From: Octopus sinensis
Taxonomy: Eukaryota
Direction of reading: 5' to 3'
Assembly: GCF_006345805.1 (NCBI RefSeq)
Contig: NC_043015.1
Span: 7,130,001-7,194,000 of the forward strand
Length of the DNA stretch: 64,000 nt
Numbering within the stretch: position 1 is the first letter of the stretch; the number at the start of each line of letters is the position of its first letter. The notes below the pieces were generated by a model, which was not told the origin of the DNA, did no database searches, and saw nothing but the letters and a program-made list of their open reading frames with translations. This document shows, in pieces, positions 53,731-64,000 of the stretch. The position numbers and the translations under genes were made by a program.

Positions 53731-54428
53731 TACGTGTGTATATGATATTGAATATATATAAAACGGAGCACAATATGTATTACACCAGTCCATATACATT
53801 TAGAATATTATATATCACGAAGAGAAAGAAAATAGCAAACTATAAAATGTACTTCAACCAATCAATGAAATACAGAAAATTTATTTTAGACATGAAATTG
53901 TAAACTTCGCTATTCAAACTTTTACATCGGATACACAAGTCAGACACTTTTCCGGCGGTTGACTTAGAAGACGGAACTTCCCGAATACATCAAAATAGCA
54001 CACAGAGAATATAATTGGATTGAGGAACGTTTGTTTGCAACACTGCAATTTATATATAGTTTATTTATGCCGTTTTTCATACGATAGTTGAGTGTCATTT
54101 GATGAAGATTTGACTGTTGTTTCTTGCAGATAGGGCGACTAACATAAAAAATCCCCGTGCATTGACGCCCTATTTTACATCAAAAGTATGTGATTTTATG
54201 ATGTATGCCGTCAGTCATTTATTATAAGCAGCTCTAAAAACAATTAGATTTTATAATTAAACCAGCAGTATTAACTGATGTATTAGATTTATTTTTTTAT
54301 TATCTCTGTCATGCTAACGATAAATTGAAACAAGCAGAAAATAAATGAAAATAAATGCTATATATCAAAAGGAAATATCATTGACATCTTTTATAGAGAT
54401 TCAGTGCTTCCTAAGTTTCCCTCCCTTC

Positions 54429-54462
<34 letters not shown>

Positions 54463-54874
54463 CACTCTTTCCCTGTGTCATTTACCTCTCCCAGTCTCAT
54501 TGCTAAGGTGTATTTTAAATAGAATATCTGTTACAATGAAACATTTAAGCTCTATAGCACATTATCTTGTCGAGAAGCATGTGATGTGTTTCTCAAAAGC
54601 TATTTTCATCAAACAAACAGGTCATGGCATTACATTTTAAAATTTGCTGGCTTGTTTAGCTTTTACTTTCAGAAAAAAGAACAATTGTAATCTTTCTTTC
54701 TGAGATCTCGAAAATATAGTATGATGACATTAGCCCAATTTTCATACGTTGTATACTATCACATCTCGTTTCATTCGATTTCAATTGAACACCCCACGCT
54801 TTTGTACCGTGTACTTTATTCGGTTTTCAAAAAATCCACATGCATTTCGTAACCTAGTCACTTTTATGGCACAG

Positions 54875-55350
54875 ATAATAATAATAATAATAATAAGAAG
54901 AAGACGAAGGAGAAGAGGAAGGTGAAGAAGAAGAAGAAGAAAAAAAAGAAGGAGAAGAGGAAGTAGTAGTATTAGAAGAAGAAAAAATAATTAGGAGTAG
55001 AAGACGTAGAAGTAGAAGACGAAAAAAAAGTAGTTGAAGAAAAAGAAGAGAAAAATATTAAAAGAAGTAGTACTAGTAGTAGAAGACGAAAAAGAAGAAG
55101 TAGAAGTCGAAAAAGAAGAAATAGAAGAGGTAGAAGTAGAAGAAAAAGAAGTAGAGGGGGAAGAAAAAGAAATAGTAGTAGAAGTAAAAAGTAGTATTAG
55201 AAGGAAAAAATAGTATTAGAAGAAGAAAAGAGGAAGAAAAAAAAGAAGAAAGGTGGTGTTGGTGGGGATGATGATGATGGTGAGGAAGAGGAGAAAGGAG
55301 ATGATGATGATGATGATGAAATAACAACAATAAGAGCAGCAATAATGATA
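54875..55350. repeat. TAA/GAA/GTA-rich low-complexity tract
   Basis: Directly visible. Confidence 0.88.
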
Positions 55351-55819
55351 ATTAATAAACTAATAAAAACATTATTTCATTGGCTACAACTGCCCTGCAA
55401 ACTGAACTAGAAAATAAATGATCTCGACATCTCACTCGATATACATGCAGCAATGCAGCTTGATAACTAGAATGAGATAAGGAATATAAAGAGATAACGA
55501 ACACAACTACCTGTACAGAAGAAATTAAGAACAAGAAAAGGCTTTTAGAAAACCCGCATCGAAACTTAGAATCCTGCGACACATAGAAGGCAGAATTATT
55601 CTCCCAATCTTTTGCAGCTATTGAAGCACACCTGTATTGAATTACACCAGAAACACAGGTGTTTCAGTAAATATACTAGAAATTAATGCCTGTTTTACTT
55701 TTTAGCTTTTTTTCTTTTTCTCAACAAAATTTCTCCCTGAAAAGCTCTGCTTGAAATTCAAAATAATTCTGTTCTCAAAATTATTATCCACGTCCACCAT
55801 GCACTAAACGTGCTTATAA

Positions 55820-56780
55820 CTACTTGCCAGGCTAAGTTCTTTTATGCAAAATGAAATCGACTCCCGTATTCACCTAGTACTTAATTTCTCGACCACGAAG
55901 CCATAAAAAGCAAAGTCGACCCCGGCGGAATTTAAACACAAAACATAAAGACAGACGAAATACCTATTTCTTTACTATCCACAAGGGGCTAAACACAGAG
56001 AGGACAAAGAAGGACAGACAAACTGATCAAGTCGAGTATATCGACACCAGTGCGTAACTGGTACTTAATTTATCGACCCCGAAAGGATGAAAGGCAAAGT
56101 CGACCTCGGCGGAATTTGATTTCAGAACGTAACGGCAGACGAAATACCTATTTCTTTACTACCCACAAGGGGCTAAACACAGAGGGAACAAACAAGGACA
56201 GACAAACGGATTAAGTCGATTATATCGACCCCAGTGTGTAACTTGGTACTTAATTTATCGACCCTGAAATGATGAAAGGCAAAGTCGACCTCGGCGGAAT
56301 TTGAACTCAGAACGTAGCAGCAGACGAAATACCTATTTCTTTACTACCAACAAGGGGCTAAACACAAAGACGACAAACAAGGACAGACAAACGGATTAAG
56401 TCGATTATATCGACCCCAGTGCGTAACTGGTACTTAATTTATCGACCCTGAAATGATGAAAGGCAAAGTCTACCTCGGCGGAATTTGAACTCAAAACGTA
56501 GCGGCAGACGAAATACCTATTTCTTTACTACCAACAAGGGGCTAAACTCAGAGAGGACAAACAAGGACAGACAAACGGATTAAGTCGATTATATCGATCG
56601 CAGTGCGTAACTGGTACTTATTTAATCGACCCCGAAAGGATGAAAGGCTAAGTCGAATCCAAAATGATGAAAATGAAAGTCGTACTCGGTGGATTTTGAA
56701 CGCACTACGTAAAGACGGTCGAAGTTCTGCTAAGCATTTTGACCGGCGTTCGAACGATACTGCTAAGCTCGCATCCTTAA
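55820..56780 (-). repeat. head-to-tail SINE-B-derived tandem array, ~184-bp unit
   Basis: Units start at 55965, 56149, 56334 and 56518, each at the same junction GACGAAATACC|TATTTCTTTACTA. Confidence 0.93.
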
Positions 56781-57269
56781 CGTCATTGATAATAATACTA
56801 ATAACAATAAAAAGTTATATTTATTGTACCTGCACTCGTTGGTTCTCTCGACTCCAAATGTAATATAAATTTTTAATGCTTTTATCATTCATAGTGATAT
56901 TTCAGCAACACATATCTCATACTTAAACATGTATACAGCATATTTTAATTCAACATAATATAGAACAACAGGAAACGATGATATAATAAACCGTTTATTA
57001 ATAATATATATACCTGCAACTACTAGAGTATCAAGTATTCAGCTGCAAATTCTCCATATGCATTAAGTTTATTATGAATTTCTATAGACTTCTCATACTA
57101 TATATAAGAGTTTAAAATACGTGCAGTTATTGAATTCTGCAGCGGTTACTTTATTGTATGTAATTTTCCATTGATAATTTGTTTGACTATCATTCATGCT
57201 AATACAGGAAATGTATATTTGCATGGTAATAGAGATGATAGTGGGTCCACATGCACTCGTATTGTTCTT

Positions 57270-57625
57270 AAAGTTTGGCGCAAAGCCAGCAATTTTGGGC
57301 TGTGGTGTAAGTGTTCAGCAAGTACAGTAACCCTTTGCCATATTGTGGTCCATCTATCGTACAATCGGTACATCGTGGATTTTTCTTGCTAATATGTGTA
57401 AATTTATATCGCGGAATCCTCGGTATATCGCGGGTTTCTGCGGCTGATAGGTACCAAAAGTTAGGTTTTGGAACGTAACACCCGCGACCGTCGAGGGATT
57501 ACTGTACTTATGTTATCGAACCAAGAAAGGATGAAAGTTAGAGTCGGCTCCAACAGGTGAAGAAGAACGAAATGCTGCTAAGCATATTGAGTGGTGTGCT
57601 AACATTTCTGCCAGCTCACCGCCTT
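57270..57625 (-). mobile_element. SINE B interrupted by a MITE
   Basis: The SINE motif GTACTTA is split at its TA by the insertion. Confidence 0.7.
57325..57504. mobile_element. 180-bp pogo/Tigger-type MITE
   Basis: TA-CAGTAACCCTTTG ... CGAGGGATTACTG-TA: imperfect TIRs with a TA duplication. Confidence 0.8.
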
Positions 57626-58311
57626 CGACATAAACACTCATATTAATTATTCTTTATTCTTATGCATAACCAAATAGTATATATTTCATGCCTAAATTCT
57701 AGTTACGAAAGTACAGAAATGTTATATACATATACATAAATACATGCACCATTACATACTATTATGTACATTATGAGCGCGTGAATGTGTGTCAATCACA
57801 TGCAGCTATAATCTAACAATATATGTAATTATTTTGCTTGAAAATACACACATTCTCACCACACCTCTTCAGATGACAAAAAGAAAAAAAACTGCAATTT
57901 GACATCTGCGTGGAGAAATCGTTGCGCAGAAACACAGCTGTGACGTATTTACCCCGAGTACCATGCAGCCTATATCTTCAACAAGGACACAGTCCAGTGC
58001 GAAAATCAAACCTATGACCACATGGTCATCAACCCAACATCCTACACATCAAGCCTCATTACTACCTTCCCAACCACACCTACACGTATGTAAATATGCA
58101 TAAATATGTATGTGCGCGCGCACAAACAAACGCAATGTATTTTTACAAGAGGCTAGGATTGTAACGTCTTCGAAATTTCGGCCAGCTAGTCCTCATCAGA
58201 CTGAAAATGCATAGCATGATATAACTTCGAATTCACTCTCAACACTGTTCTTGTAATATATAAAGTATGTATTTTACAAAAGTAATAAGTAACCCGTCAG
58301 TATAATGTGTT

Positions 58312-58575
58312 TTTCTTTCTCGAGCCATGTCTGGCTCATTAGGGCCGGTTTCCCGGTTTCCTTGGCGTATAGGCTCCCCACCTGGAGCTGCAAGATGCAG
58401 GAGGAAAGAGTGAGAGAAAGTTGTGGTGAAAGAGTCAGCAGAAGTTCGCCATTACCGGAGACGAGTGGAGCTTTGGTGTTTCGCTCATAAACACAGACAT
58501 CGCCCGGTCTGAGATTCGAACCCGCGATCGCTGGATCGCGAGATCGCTGCTCTAACCACTAGGCCATGTGCCTCC
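58312..58575 (-). mobile_element. SINE family C
   Basis: Reverse complement of GGAGGCACATGGCCTAGTGGTTAGAGCAGCG...GGTTCGAATCTC. Confidence 0.85.
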
Positions 58576-59244
58576 ATTCAGTACAATGTAAAATTGTTTC
58601 TATTATAACTCGATATAAAAACAAACATTGATATTATTATGTGTGTGCATGCGCACGCTTATATGTGTGTATTCATATGTGTATGTATTTATATGAACTG
58701 CATTGTACAATTTAGCAGAAAGTAATTTAAATTAAATTTATGATAAAAATAACGAAGAATGAAAAAAAATAAAAGCAGCCATACAATCAGATTTTATATT
58801 CCAATACCTGAAATGACAAACACATGTCACGAAAACTCCAAGTGTAAAATATCATTTGACTAGTATACTTTACTATGGTATCAATGATGTTTTCACACGT
58901 TCGTTGAAACAATTGTATATGTGCGTCTGTGTATAATTAGTATGTATACGTATGTATAAATATATATTTGTGTGTTTCTGTAGTTGTTGTGGTGTGTGTG
59001 TGTTTGTATGTGTGAGTGTGTGTATGGTCTTTTTCGTGAGTGTTTGTGTGTGGCCTTGTTCGTTGAGGTGCGTGTGGTCACGTTCATGTGTTTGTGTGTA
59101 TATCATATTATGTTAGGCAGTAGCGTCAACTAAGCAGACTTTTATATCAGTGCGTACAGCAAATATATTGTGTCATCTTTGACCAGTAAAAAGCCATTGA
59201 CTCCACGATCTATCATGGGGAAAATTCTCGCTTTAGAATATATA

Positions 59245-59575
59245 TATATATATATAAGACACCCGCTGTTTTTGTCCTGTTTACTATTCTTGTTTTTTAT
59301 TTTTATTTTTTGTTTCTTGTATTTATATTCGTGTGACATCCTGTCCTTGTTTCGTATACATTCGATCCTCTTTCCAAGAAATCTAATGCCCGTGGCTTAG
59401 TTTTTCTTTGGGGCTGGCCGGATCGGAGCGATATCGAGATTAAACAGCCGAAATTGCTAAGATGATCCGGTTTCCGACTGAAGATTAAAGGCTTCGAGTG
59501 ACCCGTCTGTTTTTTTGTGTCGTCTCTGTGTGTTTTTGCGTTCTTGTCCCACTTTGTAAGTTATAATTTATATTT
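59245..59575. repeat. interspersed repeat G (copy 2) inside (TA)n
   Basis: Aligns with 11035-11295; TA runs on both sides. Confidence 0.7.
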
Positions 59576-60092
59576 AATTTCTATACATATATATATATAT
59601 GTGTGTGTATATATATATAAATGTGTATATATATATAAATATGCGCGTGTGTGTGTGTATGTGTGTGTGTATTCTCAAGTACTCCACCTGCTCAGAGATA
59701 AATATTAATAAACACAAAATACATAAAATTTTATGCGTTACTATGAGTTTCATGCGATGAAAGCATGCCAGACAGCATATTTTAACACGTCTGGTGTCTC
59801 AGCGCAAGGCACAAGACGTGTTAAAATATAGTGTCTGACATTCTTTCATCGCATGAACCAATAGTAGCACATAAAAAGATATTTGGTATATACACACACA
59901 GACACGCATGCGCAAACACACACACACAAACATACGCACATACATACAGAGAGGGAGACAGATACATATACATTTATACATACACCAAAAACACCAACGG
60001 CATAGGCACCTTTACGACCGACATCATTACCCCCCTACCAACAACAACATACATGAATATATATATATATATATATACACATATATATATGT

Positions 60093-60263
60093 TGGAGTGG
60101 CTGTGTGGTAAGTAGCTTGCTTATCAATCACATGGTTCTGGGTTCAGTCCCACTGCGTAGCACCTTGGGCAAGTGTCTTCTACTATAGCCTCGGGCCGAC
60201 CAAAACCTTGTGAGTGGATTTGGCAGACGGGAACTGAAAGAAGCCTACCGTGTGTGTGTGTGT

Positions 60264-60317
<54 letters not shown>

Positions 60318-60511
60318 TCCCTCCAACATCGCTTGATAACCGATGCTGGTGTGTATACATCTCCGTAACTTAGCGGTTCGGCAAAATAGACCGATCGAAT
60401 AAGTACTAGGTTTACAAAGAATAAGTCCTGGAGTCAATTTGCTCGACTAAAGACGGTGCTCCAGCATGGTCACAGTCACATGACTGAACCAAGTGAAAGA
60501 GTAAAAGAGTA
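60093..60511 (+). mobile_element. SINE family A, full length, internal tract nearly pure (TG)n
   Basis: Matches the family consensus. Confidence 0.9.
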
Positions 60512-61954
60512 TACACACACAATGTATATACATGCGTGTATATATATATATCTATACACACACATACATACATATATATATATAAACACACATACATACA
60601 TATATATATATATGAAGTCATGTATTAGTGCGGTTAGATCTATGATCAACTCTACCATTAATGTAAGCTTCAATTAAGAAGTTATGATTAATGTAGTCTA
60701 CCCAGCTTTTATTTTCAGACACACTACATCCGACTACATTATCCAATGTGTCGCCTTTTAAACTTACAAATAGTGCTGTGAAGTTGACTTGGCTGCTATT
60801 TCCGGTACTCGAAGAAAAAAAAATAAGATCAAGCTTCCTGACCCTTGTGTGTGTGTGTGTGTAAATTTAATTTATGTGCATACGTGTGTATGATTGTGTA
60901 TATGTATGAGTATGACTGTGTTATTGCATGTGTGTATGCGTGTATGTCACGCCAGCTTGCATTGTCCAAATATCAGTATAAGTCAAAAGTCAATTTCACT
61001 GATTTTAAATATTTCTTTACAAAATACAAACCTGATTAGAATAAAGGAAATATTTGAAAGGAATTCTAATTGCGAGATTTAGAACAACCAATATTACGCC
61101 CTGCAGCTATAGATCCGAAAACGCTAGATATATACCTACAAAATTTGATAAGCAAACAATGGGATATTATCATAAAAATCTTGAATTTAGAACGTTATAT
61201 TTTGACAGGCAATGTACAACATTCCTATAGACGAAATTATATATATATATATGTGTGTGTGTGTGTTTGTCTGTGCATGTGTATATGTATGTGTGAATCT
61301 ATCTATCTATCTATCTATCTATATATATATATATATATATATATTCGCAAATAGGCAAATACATACAGACAGTTGTGTGCACGCATGCTGGCCAACATAT
61401 AAATGCACACATACATCTTCACATTCTGGAAACACACGATCTCATATTATTATGTACGTTATCTAAGAAAACGATATATACATATGACCAAAGATGAAAA
61501 TGTATGGTTATAGACCACCAACAGCATATCACAGTAAAAGCCAATCAGGAGATAGATCTTAAACAAAACAAAAATAGATAAAATAGAAAAAAAGTAATGC
61601 AGATAACACAAAACAAAATACTGTATAACAATATCTAAAACAATAACGAAAATAAAAACTAAAGATGTTCAGTAATAGATGAAGCCAGAAGAGCCCTGCA
61701 ATGTATACTCTGTGTGTGCACTACAAAGATTGTTATCTGAAGATAAATAGAAGCAGCCGGTAATTGGTTGCGAAATAATAATATTGATATACCTACATAA
61801 ACAAAATTTTTCAACGGATATGCACAGAACAATATATATATATACATCTCCATCTACATACATCTCCATATATATATATATATATATATATATCAGTAAG
61901 CAACATTTGCTCCATACTTGCGTAATTTATATTTATTACTGTTGGTTTTCGGTT

Positions 61955-62058
61955 GATTATTATTATTAGTAATAGTAGCAGTAAAACTTTATTATTATTA
62001 TTACTAGTAACGATATTGCTAATAGTATTATCATAAATATTATACAAATATTATTATT

Positions 62059-62102
<44 letters not shown>

Positions 62103-62150
62103 GCAACGAGTATAATAAAAATAATGTTAATAATAATATTTGTATTATAA
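61955..62150. repeat. (TTA)n/(TAA)n low-complexity tract
   Basis: Directly visible. Confidence 0.85.
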
Positions 62151-64000
62151 GTATTGTCCTTATGTCAAGGTAATTGGTCATTATTACGAGTAGCAGTCGC
62201 TGCAGTATTAACATTTATATTTATATTTCTCACCTTAATTGATATAATTGAAGTTTCTATCGATAACTCACATCCCCTAAAGAATAGTCTGATAAAAATA
62301 CAAAAATCTGCGGTTTAAATTTAGCTGCATCACTGTGTTATTTCGAATAGCTGAATAAATAAAATATTTGTCTTAGAAATGTGGTTTCTGTTATGTTGAC
62401 ATTTTGTGCATGCGTGAGGCATGTGTGAATGATGGAACCTTGAAAAAGGGCATCAATGTTAATGAGAATTTGCAAGGAATCTTGTTTATAGAGTGTTTAT
62501 ATGTAAAGAATACGTGTAGATTATCACTGATACGAAACGTTGATTTAATAACAGCAAATTTAATAAAAAGCACATTTCAGTTCTTTGTAAACGATATTCC
62601 GTCTTCACATCCCAAAAGATAATAATCCTTAAACTAATAATTTGGATCATCACAAAGAAGCATTTATTTTTTTTCATACGTTTATTTTGATACTATTATT
62701 TCTAACATTGGGTTATAAAACGGTAAATATTGTAAATGGCGAAAAATAGTAATACTGAATATATAGTTACGTCCCTTGGCAGTTTGATTCTAAATCTTGC
62801 CGGATTTCTTTCTTGGTTTAATACTTCAAGGTTTCAAAAGTGCTTGCCAGTCAAATAAGTGCTAATGCACTATAATCAGTCGCGCCCGCCCACACCCACT
62901 AAAAGAACTGAAAAAAAAAAACTCGGGATTGAGCCAAGGATAAAAATAATCTGTATTATTAATTATATCTCTTGTCGATAAAGCCAACCAAAGATATATT
63001 TTTAGATTTACAAAGAGCCGTTTTCTCGACTCTTTTTTATGGCTGCTTCCAAAGAAACTATTTGAGTATTTAGTCCATAATGCTTGTGTCTTTACTCCAT
63101 ATTCTCTTGAAGAGCTACGCTTATGTTTATTGCTGCAAATGTAAAACATGAGGTGTGAGATGATTGTTTATAATACATCTCATCCCTGTCTCAAATTTAT
63201 TTGGTGCTTAACTTAGTTGTCAACGCCAAAATGAAATAACTTATTTCATTAGTTATATATTCCCTCTCCCTATCATCATATGCGATCGTTTTGCTTCCTT
63301 GATATTGTCTATATTTACAAAGGAATCATTAGAACTATTACACAAGCTGCTTTGGAATAACAGTTTCCGGAAAATGTGGTTAATCCTATTTTTAATTTTT
63401 TCTCCAATGTGAATCAAAGTTACATCCAGCTTCGAGCATTTAGGTTATTACACAATTATACCATTAATTCTGTAGTTATTGTAAGCCCTAATATTTCATT
63501 TTAATCTCTTATGACTTCATTTATACACTGTATGATAGGTGGCTTCACATACTTTTCTACGTTTTAAATGTGCTAAATAACAGGTTAGCTTCTGTCTATT
63601 TCTACTTAGACAATAGGTGTTAGAATCTTGAATTTTTACCCGATCATTAGTAAGAATTCTGTCTCTCCAGTTCTCTTACCTTTCATCTCTCAATGTATTT
63701 TCAGACACTTTCTCTCAAACACTCTCTTTTTATATCTTTCGACATTACTCTATCAAGATCTTCGCCTTTTCCATTTCGCTGTGGCTTTCATAGAAGCGTG
63801 CGCTACATTAGTATTTCTTTAATTTGTAATCGGTACTATATTCATAATGAAATACTACTTCTGTTTGAAGCTGTCCTCTGATATCCAGTTATCCATCAAT
63901 TTCTTCAATATTTTCTTTATATTAGAAGCTGTTCTTAAACCATAAATACATACTTTATATAATGAACGTTAATTTCAACATTTTTCGATCTGTATCACAA

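Noticed and set aside
55965-56657. CRISPR-like reading of the regular array
   Set aside because: No unique spacers, units are SINE-derived, the context is eukaryotic and there are no cas genes.
59410-59472. HDV-like ribozyme (P1 GGCTG/CAGCC, GCTAAG linker, P2)
   Set aside because: Only ~9 nt are available for P3/L3, and the P1.1 pyrimidines are missing.
2085-60437. Recurring peptides such as QIHSQGFGRPEAIVEDTC in many ORFs
   Set aside because: These are antisense translations of SINE A copies, not a gene family.

Overview
AT-rich eukaryotic, mostly non-coding DNA, very likely from an octopus or related coleoid cephalopod (inferred from the SINE families and the microsatellite density). Nearly all listed ORFs are microsatellite or SINE translation artefacts. 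The window holds: (i) dozens of copies of four tRNA-derived SINE families (labelled A-D here); (ii) 3' fragments of R4/Dong-type retrotransposons sitting in (TAA)n; (iii) RTE, mariner, Tc1 and pogo-type MITE remnants; (iv) several Penelope-like element (PLE) ends, mostly embedded in (TA)n and carrying minimal type-I hammerhead ribozyme motifs, including a near-intact one at 1568-1629 and a family with a non-canonical CUGUCGA core; (v) a head-to-tail ~184-bp SINE-derived array at 55965-56657; (vi) a few isolated candidate exons that I cannot assign to a gene. Repeat boundaries are approximate (about +/-10 nt). All family assignments were made by eye, without database searches.
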